A DNA stretch of 64,000 bases from Deltaproteobacteria bacterium (GTDB taxonomy: Bacteria > Myxococcota_A > Polyangia > Polyangiales > Houyiibacteriaceae): contig JAEPMI010000002.1 of NCBI GenBank assembly GCA_017644045.1, positions 259,026 through 323,025 of the forward strand. Reading direction: 5' to 3'. The position numbers and the translations under genes were made by a program. Positions 27,843 through 36,512 of the stretch are shown here, piece by piece (the stretch's first letter is position 1; every line of letters begins with the position of its first letter). The notes below the pieces were generated by a model, which did not search any database, had not been told where the DNA came from, and worked only from the letters and a program-made list of their open reading frames with translations.

Positions 27843-29105
27843 ATGGTCGGCGCCGCCATGGGGACTCGGACTGCGCGACGGATCGCGATCTCGCTCGCTG
27901 GGCTCTCGCTCATCGTGGGCGCGAGCCTCGTGGGCTACGCCGCCGTCACCGACACGCCGATGCCCGAAGCCCCCGAGGTCGATTGGGACGCCGAGGCCGC
28001 CGGGCCGGCCGACGACCTCGCGGTCTACTGGGTCGGTCACTCACTCTTCAACCACCAGGACGTGACGCTCGAGGACGCTCCACACCTGATGGACGAGGTC
28101 GGCCGCCTCGCCGACGAAGGCGGGCTCGAATACCGCGGCTACGACAACACCCTCTTCGGCATCACGCTCTCGCTCGCGGTGCGCGGCAAGCCCCACTCGT
28201 ACACGCGCAGTGAGCCCGAGCTCGCCGCCAAGCTGGACGAGCTCTACGCGCACGCCGCCGACTACGACGCGCTCGTGATGACCGATGGCATCCCCATCCG
28301 GAACGCCGAAGAGCCCGAGCACTCCGCGTTCTACGCGATGGACCTCTACTGCACGCTCAAGCAGTCGAACCCCGACGCCCGGGTGTACCTGTACGAAGGC
28401 CCGGTGCATCTGCAGGCGAGCGACCCGGACGGTGGCTTCGGCCCGCGCGACGAGTTCGGCTGGGCCTCCTGGACCGAGGAAGACCGTTCCGCCTGGGAGC
28501 GCATCGCCGATCGCGCCTCGACCGGAGACGTGCCCACCCCCGGGCTCGGCCCGCGCATCCGGGCGATCCTGGGCAAGGAGCGTGAGGACGGCTGCGAGTC
28601 TCACGGGCCGATCTTCCTCATCCCGACCGCGACCGTGTACGTGCACCTCGCAGAACGGCTGGCCGAGCCGGACGACGGCGACGTCTTCGAGCTCGCCGAC
28701 GGCGAGCGGCTGACGATCGAGCACCTCTTCCAGAACCCGTACGTCGACTGGCCCGAGGACTGGCCGCTGCCGCCGCACGAAGGACCGGACGTCGACGAGG
28801 ACGCGATCATCGATGGGCTGACGAAGCTCCACGCCGACGCCGAGTACGACGACGTCCACCCGAGCCGCATCGGCAACTTCGTGTCGGGGCTGGTCGCCTA
28901 CTCCGTGCTCTACCGGCGGTCCCCCGTGCTCGACGAGCCCATCCCGAGCCAGGATCCCGACGCGAGCGTCGCGGACGATCCGGGCACCGCCGTCGTGGAA
29001 GCCGACGCCGCCGCGACGGGGCTCACGGCCGCCACGGTGCGAACGCTCCGGCGCCTGGTCTGGGACGTGGTGCGGAGCGACCCGCGCACCGGCATCGACG
29101 GATGA
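27843..29105 (+). CDS. SGNH/GDSL-like hydrolase-fold protein (paralog of 34085-35293)
   Basis: N-terminal TM/signal. VYWVGHSLFNH (block I-like) and DDVHPSRIGNF (block V-like). C-terminus WDVVRSDPRTGIDG matches the paralog. Confidence 0.6.
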   Translation: MVGAAMGTRTARRIAISLAGLSLIVGASLVGYAAVTDTPMPEAPEVDWDAEAAGPADDLAVYWVGHSLFNHQDVTLEDAPHLMDEVGRLADEGGLEYRGYDNTLFGITLSLAVRGKPHSYTRSEPELAAKLDELYAHAADYDALVMTDGIPIRNAEEPEHSAFYAMDLYCTLKQSNPDARVYLYEGPVHLQASDPDGGFGPRDEFGWASWTEEDRSAWERIADRASTGDVPTPGLGPRIRAILGKEREDGCESHGPIFLIPTATVYVHLAERLAEPDDGDVFELADGERLTIEHLFQNPYVDWPEDWPLPPHEGPDVDEDAIIDGLTKLHADAEYDDVHPSRIGNFVSGLVAYSVLYRRSPVLDEPIPSQDPDASVADDPGTAVVEADAAATGLTAATVRTLRRLVWDVVRSDPRTGIDG

Positions 29106-30478
29106 GCGCGAGCAGCGAGCCCCCCGAGCCCGCCGACGAAGCGCTCGCGGGCGACGAGCCCTCTCTCGAGAAGCGTGCCGTCAAGGGCTCCATCCTCGAG
29201 ATGGGGTTCTACGGCGCAGCTCAAGTCCTCCGACTCGGGTCCAACCTGATCCTGACCCGGCTCCTCTTCCCCGAGGCCTTCGGGCTCATGACCACGCTCG
29301 CGGTGTTCAACACCGGGCTGATCATGCTCTCCGACGTCGGCATCGAGCAGTCGGTGATCCAGAACGAGAAGGGCGACGAGAAGGATTTCCTGAACACCGC
29401 CTGGACCGTGCAGGTGCTCCGCGGTTGGGGCCTCTACGTGGTCGCGCTCGCGCTGACCTATCCGATGGCGATCCTCGAGAAGCAGGACGCCCTACTCTGG
29501 CTGATCCCCATCGGCTCGCTCTCGGTGCCGATCGCGTCGCTCGGCAGCACTTCCGAGTTCACGCTCCGGCGCCGGGTGCAGCCGGGTCGCATCCTGATGC
29601 TCGACTTCGCGTCACAGGTGGTCGGCGTGGGCGTCATGGTCCTCTGGGCGTGGATCGAGCCGTCGATCTGGGCGCTCGTCGGCGGCAACATCGTGCGGGA
29701 GACGTTCCGGAGCATCGGTACGCATCTGGTGCTCCCGGCCGGCTACAAGAACCGCTTCCGGATGCACGAGCCCTCGCGGAAGGCGATCGCGAAATTCGGT
29801 CGCTGGATCCTCGGCTCGTCGGCGGTCTTCTACCTCGCTGGCTTCGCCGACCGGCTCCTGCTCCTGCCCTACCTCGGCGCGGAGCGGCTGGGCATCTACT
29901 CGATCGCCGCGCTCCTCAGCGAGGCCGCCTTCACCGTGATCGGCAAGGTCATTCACGGCGTGGTCTTCCCGGTCTTCAGCCGCGTCGGCGAGGAGGGGCG
30001 CGACCAGCTGCGGACCTTCTACTACCGAGCGCGACTGCGCCTCGACGCGCTCACGATGACCGCGGTGGGCCTGCTCGCGACGCTGGGGCCCTTCTTCGTC
30101 CACTTGCTGTGGGACGATCGCTACGCCGACGCCGGTTGGATGCTCCAGATCCTCGCGCTCAAAGCCGGCACCCGGACCGTCTTCGTCCCCGCCGACTACT
30201 GCCTGATGTCGATCGGGCTGGTCCGCTACGGCTTCTTCAACAACGTCGCCCGGGCGGTCTTCATCTTCGCCGGCATCCCGATCGGCTACTCGGTCGCTGG
30301 CGAGGTCGGCGTCTTCTGGGCGGTGGCGCTCTCGGACCTGCCGAGCGTGTTCATCCTCTGGCCGATCCTCGCGCGCGAGAAGCTCCTCCGACTCGACCGC
30401 GAGCTCCTCTCCTGGGCCTTCGCCGGCGTCGGCGCGGGAGTCGGCTGGCTCATCGCCCGCGGTTTGGAGATGATCTAG
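29102..30478 (+). CDS. polysaccharide flippase (MOP/Wzx family)
   Basis: ATGA overlap with the previous gene. About 12 TM segments. N-terminal SILEMGFYGAAQVLRLGSNLILTRLLFPEAFGL, typical of Wzx-like proteins. Confidence 0.8.
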   Translation: MSASSEPPEPADEALAGDEPSLEKRAVKGSILEMGFYGAAQVLRLGSNLILTRLLFPEAFGLMTTLAVFNTGLIMLSDVGIEQSVIQNEKGDEKDFLNTAWTVQVLRGWGLYVVALALTYPMAILEKQDALLWLIPIGSLSVPIASLGSTSEFTLRRRVQPGRILMLDFASQVVGVGVMVLWAWIEPSIWALVGGNIVRETFRSIGTHLVLPAGYKNRFRMHEPSRKAIAKFGRWILGSSAVFYLAGFADRLLLLPYLGAERLGIYSIAALLSEAAFTVIGKVIHGVVFPVFSRVGEEGRDQLRTFYYRARLRLDALTMTAVGLLATLGPFFVHLLWDDRYADAGWMLQILALKAGTRTVFVPADYCLMSIGLVRYGFFNNVARAVFIFAGIPIGYSVAGEVGVFWAVALSDLPSVFILWPILAREKLLRLDRELLSWAFAGVGAGVGWLIARGLEMI

Positions 30479-30482
30479 CGTC

Positions 30483-31868
30483 GTGACGACCGGGACTCCG
30501 ATGGCGCTCCTGGCGCTGTTCAGCCTGATCCCGCTGACGGCGTACGTCTTCTGGACGAAGCGGCCACAGATGGCGGTGCTGATCGTCGCGTTCTTCGCGG
30601 CGCTCTTCGGGCCCGAGGGCGCGTTCATCAAGCTCCCGCTCGTCCCTCCGCTCGACAAGCTGTCGCTGCCCTACATCTTCCTCTTCGGCTTTGCGATGGT
30701 GAAGGCGCGGAGCCGCATGAAGCGCGCGAAGCCGATGCGCGGGATCGACCTGCTCATCGCGATGGCGTTCATCGCCGGCTTCGTCACCTTCTCGAACAAC
30801 GGCGACGCCCTGACCTATGGCTCGTGGAAGTCGGTCACCCTCCCCGCGCTCGCCATCAACGACGGACTGCAGATCGGCTTTCACGAGCTGCTGGTCGCCG
30901 GGCTCCCCTTCATGCTCGGCCGCGCGCTCTTCCGCAGCCCCCGCGACCTGCGCGACCTGCTCCACTTCATGGTGGTCGCCGGTCTGATCCAGACCGCCTT
31001 CATCTGGGTCGAGCTTCGGCTGAGCCCGCAGTTCCACACCTGGGTCTACGGCTACGGCGCGCACTCCGACTTCCTGCAGACCATCCGCTGGGGCGGCTAC
31101 CGCCCGATGGTCTTCACCGCCCACGGCCTCGCGCTCGCGCTCTTCATGCTCGTCGCCTTCCTCTCCTGCCTGGTCCTCGTGAAGGCCGGAGAGACCAAGA
31201 TCCGGAAGTGGCGCATCGGCCGCGTCGCCCTCTACCTCGGCATCGTCCTGGTCCTCTGCAAGAGCACCGGCGCCATCCTCTACGCGCTCATCCTGGTCCC
31301 GCTGATCATGCGTGCCACCCCGGGGCGGCAGATGAAGGTCGCGACCTTCCTGGGCGTGCTGGTCTTGGCCTACCCCGTCCTTCGTGCGTCGGACTGGGTC
31401 CCGACCGAAGGGCTCGTGGAGCAGGCGAAGTCCATCAGCCCGGAGCGCGCGCAGTCGCTCGAGTTCCGCTTCGACAACGAGGAGCTCCTCCTCGAGAAGG
31501 CGCGTGAGCGGATCTGGTTCGGCTGGGGCGGCCACGGCCGGCGAAGCGTCTACGACGACGAAATCGGCAAGGAGCTCGCCGTGGCCGATGGCCACTGGAT
31601 CATCATCCTGGGCGGCCGGGGCATCATCGGTTTCCTCGAAGCCTTCGGCCTGCTCGTGCTCCCGATCCTCTTCGCGCGACGGCGCTTCAAGAAGCTCACC
31701 GACGAGACGGAGAAGAAGGCCTTCGCCGGGTTCACGTTGATCGTGGCCATCTGCGCCTTCGACCTACTCCCGAACGGACTCTTCTCGAACTACATCTACC
31801 TGCTCGCCGGCGCCCTGATGGGCATGGCACAGCAAACTCGCAGCGGCACCGACTGGGGCACCAAGTAG
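30483..31868 (+). CDS. O-antigen ligase/polymerase (Wzy-like) membrane protein
   Basis: Polytopic membrane protein following the flippase after a 4-nt gap. Large loop near the C-terminus. The assignment rests on context and topology. Confidence 0.6.
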   Translation: MTTGTPMALLALFSLIPLTAYVFWTKRPQMAVLIVAFFAALFGPEGAFIKLPLVPPLDKLSLPYIFLFGFAMVKARSRMKRAKPMRGIDLLIAMAFIAGFVTFSNNGDALTYGSWKSVTLPALAINDGLQIGFHELLVAGLPFMLGRALFRSPRDLRDLLHFMVVAGLIQTAFIWVELRLSPQFHTWVYGYGAHSDFLQTIRWGGYRPMVFTAHGLALALFMLVAFLSCLVLVKAGETKIRKWRIGRVALYLGIVLVLCKSTGAILYALILVPLIMRATPGRQMKVATFLGVLVLAYPVLRASDWVPTEGLVEQAKSISPERAQSLEFRFDNEELLLEKARERIWFGWGGHGRRSVYDDEIGKELAVADGHWIIILGGRGIIGFLEAFGLLVLPILFARRRFKKLTDETEKKAFAGFTLIVAICAFDLLPNGLFSNYIYLLAGALMGMAQQTRSGTDWGTK

Positions 31869-31904
31869 CGGTCGCGAAGCCGAGTCCCTTCGGTCGAGCT
31901 CGAG

Positions 31905-32531
31905 TCAGTCCTCGACGCAGTAGCCGCCGCTGCAGCTGAAGCCCGCAGGGCAGCCCGAGCCACACGTCGGTCGCTCGCAGCCGACGGCGCCACACACGTA
32001 GGGCGGCGGGCAAACGGTGGAGTCACAGGACGAATCGATCACGCAGCCGCTGCTACCGCAGCGGAAGCCAGGAGCGCAGTCGGCCGCGGTCGTGCAGTCA
32101 CGGACGCAGGCACCGAAGGCGTTGCAGTCGGTCCCCGTCGGGCACGACGAGTCGTTGCATCCGATGCAGATGCCGCCCGGCGCCGAGAGGTTGCAGCTGC
32201 CGACCCCGCCGCAGTCGGCATCCGAGCGACACTGCACCGGCACGGGATCCGTCGTGGTCCCACCGTCGACCTCGGCGAACATGTCCGGCTCACGGAACAT
32301 GTCCGCTTCTTCGCCGCCGAGATCGGACTCGGTTCCGAGATCGGACTCGGTTCCCAGGTCGGACTCGGTTCCCAGATCGAGCTCGGTTCCGAGGTCCTGT
32401 CTCTCACCGCCGAGATCGACGTCCATCGACATGTCGCTCGCGGTGGCCATGTCCAACGGCTCGCGGCCGTCGTCGCCACAACCGAGAACGACGAGGAGAA
32501 GCAGAGTCAGCCAAGCTCGCATCCGTCGCAT
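31905..32531 (-). CDS. lipoprotein with DLGTES repeats and Cys-rich (myxobacterial-type) repeats
   Basis: ATG at 32531. Lipobox VVLGC. Four DLGTE(S/L) units, then CxxxxDCxxGxxC-type repeats. Confidence 0.75.
   Translation of the reverse strand: MRRMRAWLTLLLLVVLGCGDDGREPLDMATASDMSMDVDLGGERQDLGTELDLGTESDLGTESDLGTESDLGGEEADMFREPDMFAEVDGGTTTDPVPVQCRSDADCGGVGSCNLSAPGGICIGCNDSSCPTGTDCNAFGACVRDCTTAADCAPGFRCGSSGCVIDSSCDSTVCPPPYVCGAVGCERPTCGSGCPAGFSCSGGYCVED
32319..32396. repeat. 18-nt tandem repeat x4 (coding)
   Basis: GAGATCGGACTCGGTTCC twice, then CAGGTCGGACTCGGTTCC and CAGATCGAGCTCGGTTCC. Confidence 0.9.
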
Positions 32532-32565
32532 GCTTCGCCGCGGTCCGAGCACGCGCAAGTCGGCG

Positions 32566-32709
32566 TCAACGGCCGTCGCGCTGCTCGTCGTCCGGCGGGC
32601 CGAGCGGATCGATGCCGATCCGCTTCAGGTATCCGAGCGTCATCGCGACCAGCGCGAAGATGCCGAAGACCAACAGGATCCGCTTCCGGTGACGGCGAGC
32701 CCACCGCAT
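32566..32709 (-). CDS. small single-TM protein (47 aa), translationally coupled to the upstream glycosyltransferase
   Basis: ATG 32709..32707 shares one base with the GT stop (TGATG). MRWARRHRKRILLVFGIFALVAMTLGYLKRIGIDPLGPPDDEQRDGR. High GC3. Confidence 0.55.
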   Translation of the reverse strand: MRWARRHRKRILLVFGIFALVAMTLGYLKRIGIDPLGPPDDEQRDGR

Positions 32710-33959
32710 CAGGGGCGGGGCGCAGCGGTCGCGGCTGCGGCGGTCGGGCGTGGCGCGCCGAAGCGCTCCAGGAGCGGCCGGACGGCGCGATGGATGTCGA
32801 ACTCCGCCTCGACCCGTCGCTTGCCCTCGGTGGCGAGGCGGCGACGCAGGTCGGCGTCGCCGAGCAAGCGCTCGAGACGCTCGGTGAGCTCCTTCCAATG
32901 GCCCGGCGCGAAGAGCAAGCCGCTCGCGTCGTCCTCCACGAGCTCCGGGATGCCCGCCACCCTCGGCGCGATGACGGGGACCTCCATCGCCAACGCTTCC
33001 ATCAGCACGACGGGCAACCCTTCCATGAACGACGCCATCGCGAACGCGTCCGCATAGAGGAGCTCCGCGATGACGCCGGACGACGGCAGCCGACCGACGA
33101 AGACCACGCGGTCCGCGAGACCGAGCGAGACCGCCTTCGCTTCGAGCGCGTCGCGCTCTGGACCATCGCCGATGATGCGCAGCTCGGCGTCGGCGTCGAC
33201 GGCGGCGAACGCCTCGAGCAAGCCCGCGAGGCCCTTCTCGGGCGAGAGACGTCCCACCGTCACCAGTCGCAGCGCGCGCTTCTTCGGCGGCACCGGCGTG
33301 CTGGTCGCCCCCTGCTCGAGCGCGCCGAGGTCGAGGCCACAACGCGCGACGAAGAGCTTCTCCCAGTGCTCCGGGTCGACCATGCGCATGGCCTGCGCGC
33401 GACCGAAGTGCGTCACGCAGGCGACGAACGCGGCGCTCGTGATCTTCTCGGCGAGCAGCGGACCCGCCGGGTAGTCGAACTCGCTGATGCCGTGGAGGGT
33501 CAGGCTCCAGTCGATCCCGAGAAAGCGAGTCGCGAGGAAGCCGACGTTCGCGCCGCTGTTCGCGAAGTGGTTGTGCAGATGGTCGACCCCACGCGCGTCG
33601 AGCTCGTCCGCGAGGGCGATGGCCTCGGCGAAGTGGAAGAGCGACCACGCGGCGGCCTTCGCGCCCGGAACGCGATGGCGAGTCGCGTCGCGCAAGGTGC
33701 GCAGATACGCGCCCGGCCGCTTGCGGAGCGCGCTCGCGTGCGCCTTGAGGATGCGACCGATCTTCGGCGGCAACACGTAGTGGGTCTTCTCGTACTCCCG
33801 GCGATCGACCCCTGCCTGCCGCTCGGCCTCCGAAGGCGGGCGAATGCTGAAGGTGTCGACCGACACGCCCGCCTCGCGGAGCGCTTGGACCTCGCGACGG
33901 ATGAACGTGTGCGAGGTAGCCGGGTACTGACTGACGAGGTAGGCGAGCTTGCGCGGCAC
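32709..33959 (-). CDS. glycosyltransferase, GT4 (WcaL-like)
   Basis: KLAYLVSQYPATSHTFIRREV N-terminus and VGRLSPEKG...EGLPVVLMEALAMEVPVIA C-terminal GT-B motifs. GTG 33959 chosen by N-terminal analogy; the ORF is open to 34031. Confidence 0.85.
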   Translation of the reverse strand: MPRKLAYLVSQYPATSHTFIRREVQALREAGVSVDTFSIRPPSEAERQAGVDRREYEKTHYVLPPKIGRILKAHASALRKRPGAYLRTLRDATRHRVPGAKAAAWSLFHFAEAIALADELDARGVDHLHNHFANSGANVGFLATRFLGIDWSLTLHGISEFDYPAGPLLAEKITSAAFVACVTHFGRAQAMRMVDPEHWEKLFVARCGLDLGALEQGATSTPVPPKKRALRLVTVGRLSPEKGLAGLLEAFAAVDADAELRIIGDGPERDALEAKAVSLGLADRVVFVGRLPSSGVIAELLYADAFAMASFMEGLPVVLMEALAMEVPVIAPRVAGIPELVEDDASGLLFAPGHWKELTERLERLLGDADLRRRLATEGKRRVEAEFDIHRAVRPLLERFGAPRPTAAAATAAPRP

Positions 33960-34084
33960 GAGGGCGAGCTTACGACGCCGCGACCCGTGCGCACCTCCTT
34001 TCCTCCGTACGTGGGAAATCGGCACGCCCACGCGGCGTTTCGCCCGGTTGGCGCACCCGCGCGCGTTTGCTAGACCGGCCGGCC

Positions 34085-35293
34085 ATGTCTTGCAGGGGGA
34101 TCCTTCTTTCGCTGGCCGTGCTCGCGCTCGGCGGCTGTGTTCCGGGTGAGCTGAGCCACCGCACCGCGACGCCGACCGACGATGCCCCGCCGACCGACGC
34201 GCCCGACATCGACTCGGGCACCCCCAGCGGGGTGGACGGCGGTGGCAGCCCGATCGACGGCGGAGGAACCCCCACGACGGACGGTGGCCCGCGCCCGCGA
34301 GTCGACGCGGGACCGCTCCCTCCGGTCGGAAGCGATCCGCGCTCGAGCGCGAACGTCTACTGGGTCGGCCACAGCCTGATCAGCCACCGCGACGTCTACG
34401 ACAGCAGCGCCCGCACCATCTTCGAGCTCGTCGGCGACTTCGCGCGAGCGCAGGGTCACTCCTACGACTTCTTCCGCCACACCACGCCGGGCGCGCCGCT
34501 CAGCTGGAACTGGAACGAGGTCCCGAACCTCCGAAGCGAGCTGACCGGCAACGGCGGCGCCTACGACGTCATGGTGATCACCGAGGGCATCTCGCTCTCC
34601 GAGACGATCCGCTGGCACTTCTCGCCGTTCTACTCGCGCCGCTTCCAGTGCGCGTTCCAGAACACGAGCCCCAGCGGCGAGGCGTACGTCTACGAGTCCT
34701 GGCACCACCTCTACGCATCGGACCCGGACCTGAACTACCCCGCCCCGCACGTCTGGGACTGGCGCGCGCGCCTCGACGAGGATCGCCCCCGCTGGGAGCA
34801 GCTCTCCGACCAGGCGTACGACGGCAGCGCGACCACGCCGGACCACAGCTACTACTCGGGCGCAGGGAGCTGCACTCCCGCGAACCGGATGCGGCTGATT
34901 CCCGTCGGGACCGCGCTCGCGGCGCTTTACGATCGGATGGAGTCGCCACGGGCCGGCGACGACTTCGAGGGCTTCACGATCCACCACTTCGTGCAGAACG
35001 GCTTCAGCAACTGGCCCGCCGAGTGGCCGGTCTCGGCCAGCGAAGCCGGGAGCGTCGACTGGCGGAGCCGCTGGTCGAGCCTGAGCACGATGCGGGGTGG
35101 CCAGCTCGACGACATCCACCCGAGCGCGCGCGGCGCCTACTTCGCGGCGCTCGTGCACTACGCGACGATCTACCGGCGCAGCCCGATCGGCCTGCCGCTC
35201 GCGAACGGGGTCGGTCCGGGCCTCGGTCGCATCATGCAGGAGACGGCCTGGGAGGTCGTCTCGCGCGACCCGCGCACCGGCGTGGGCGGCTGA
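34085..35293 (+). CDS. SGNH/GDSL-like hydrolase-fold lipoprotein (paralog of 27843-29105)
   Basis: ATG 34085. Lipobox LALGGC. VYWVGHSLISH, DDIHPSARGAYF, C-terminus WEVVSRDPRTGVGG. Confidence 0.6.
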   Translation: MSCRGILLSLAVLALGGCVPGELSHRTATPTDDAPPTDAPDIDSGTPSGVDGGGSPIDGGGTPTTDGGPRPRVDAGPLPPVGSDPRSSANVYWVGHSLISHRDVYDSSARTIFELVGDFARAQGHSYDFFRHTTPGAPLSWNWNEVPNLRSELTGNGGAYDVMVITEGISLSETIRWHFSPFYSRRFQCAFQNTSPSGEAYVYESWHHLYASDPDLNYPAPHVWDWRARLDEDRPRWEQLSDQAYDGSATTPDHSYYSGAGSCTPANRMRLIPVGTALAALYDRMESPRAGDDFEGFTIHHFVQNGFSNWPAEWPVSASEAGSVDWRSRWSSLSTMRGGQLDDIHPSARGAYFAALVHYATIYRRSPIGLPLANGVGPGLGRIMQETAWEVVSRDPRTGVGG

Positions 35294-35311
35294 CTCCAGC
35301 ACGCCGATGAC

Positions 35312-35350
35312 GGGCGACCCTCACGTATGGGTCGCCCCTACCGCTTTCTG
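35312..35350 (+). terminator. hairpin terminator candidate
   Basis: Perfect 9-bp stem GGGCGACCC / GGGTCGCCC with an 8-nt loop, followed by CTACCGCTTTCT. Confidence 0.5.
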
Positions 35351-35364
35351 ATAGGGTCCGATCG

Positions 35365-36018
35365 ATGATCGAGGGCAATTTCATCGTGCTCGAAGGCGTC
35401 GACGGCGCCGGGACGACCACCCACACCCGCATCCTGCAGGAAGCGCTCTCGGCGCGTGGTCTACCGGTTCGCGCGACTCGGGAGCCGAGCGACGGACCGG
35501 TCGGCGTCCTGATTCGACAGATCCTGACCGGCCGCTGCGTCGTGCCCGGGATCCACGGATCGCGCCCACCGAGCTGGACCACCATGGCCCTGCTCTTCGC
35601 TGCGGACCGCGTGGATCACATCGAGGCCGAGATCGTTCCGAACATGATGGACGGGGTCACGATCATCTCGGACCGCTACGACTACTCGTCGGTCGCCTAC
35701 CAGTCGCTCAGCGCCGGGGACGACGCCGTGGTCCAGTGGGTGAAGACGCTCAACGAGCACGCCCGGCGCCCGGACCTGACCATCGTCCTCGACATCCCGC
35801 CGGAGGTGGCCGAGCGCCGCCGCATCGAGCGCCGGCGCGGCCGCGAGCTCTACGACGACGAGGAGCTGCAGAAGCGGCTCGCCAGCTTCTACGACACCAT
35901 CGAGTCCCACTTCCCGGGCGACACGATCGTCCACGTCGACGCGAACCGAGCCATCGACGAGGTCGCCGCCGACGTGATGAAGGCGGTCCGCGAGCTGCGA
36001 GGCGAGACCGAAACTTGA
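35365..36018 (+). CDS. tmk: thymidylate kinase
   Basis: FIVLEGVDGAGTTT P-loop and TREPSDGPVG. Typical length. Confidence 0.9.
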   Translation: MIEGNFIVLEGVDGAGTTTHTRILQEALSARGLPVRATREPSDGPVGVLIRQILTGRCVVPGIHGSRPPSWTTMALLFAADRVDHIEAEIVPNMMDGVTIISDRYDYSSVAYQSLSAGDDAVVQWVKTLNEHARRPDLTIVLDIPPEVAERRRIERRRGRELYDDEELQKRLASFYDTIESHFPGDTIVHVDANRAIDEVAADVMKAVRELRGETET

Positions 36019-36048
36019 CCGATCGGAGCCGGCGGCGATGCTGGCTCC

Positions 36049-36501
36049 ATGCGCGCACTCCTGGCCATCGCTCTCGTCCTCGGCTGCGGCGGCACCAGCG
36101 CCGACTCCGAGCCGACCACCCCCGCCCCCGCGACCACGGAGGCCGAACCGGTGCCGGTCTACGAGCCGCCGGTCACCAGCGGGACGATCCTGCGCGCCGA
36201 GCTCGCCCCGGTGCTCGACGCCGGTCTCGGTCGCTTCCTGCAGGGAGTCGTGACCGAGCCCCATCTGGAAGGCGGCGACTTCGTCGGCTTCCAGATCGTC
36301 AGCCTCTACCCCGACGATCCGCGCTTCGCCCGCCTCGACCTGCAGCCGGGCGACGTGGTGACCCGGGTCAACGGCCAGAGCATCGAACGACCGGAGCACG
36401 CCCTCGCCGTCTGGAGCAGTCTCCGCGTGGCGAGTCAGCTCCTCGTCGAGTACCGCCACGAAGGCGAGCCCAAAGAGCTCCGCTTCGAGATCGTCGACTG
36501 A
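36049..36501 (+). CDS. PDZ-domain lipoprotein (GspC-like)
   Basis: Lipobox LVLGC. C-terminal PDZ-like GFQIVSLYPDDPRFARLDLQPGDVVTRVNGQSI. Confidence 0.6.
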   Translation: MRALLAIALVLGCGGTSADSEPTTPAPATTEAEPVPVYEPPVTSGTILRAELAPVLDAGLGRFLQGVVTEPHLEGGDFVGFQIVSLYPDDPRFARLDLQPGDVVTRVNGQSIERPEHALAVWSSLRVASQLLVEYRHEGEPKELRFEIVD

Positions 36502-36512
36502 TGCGCTGACCG

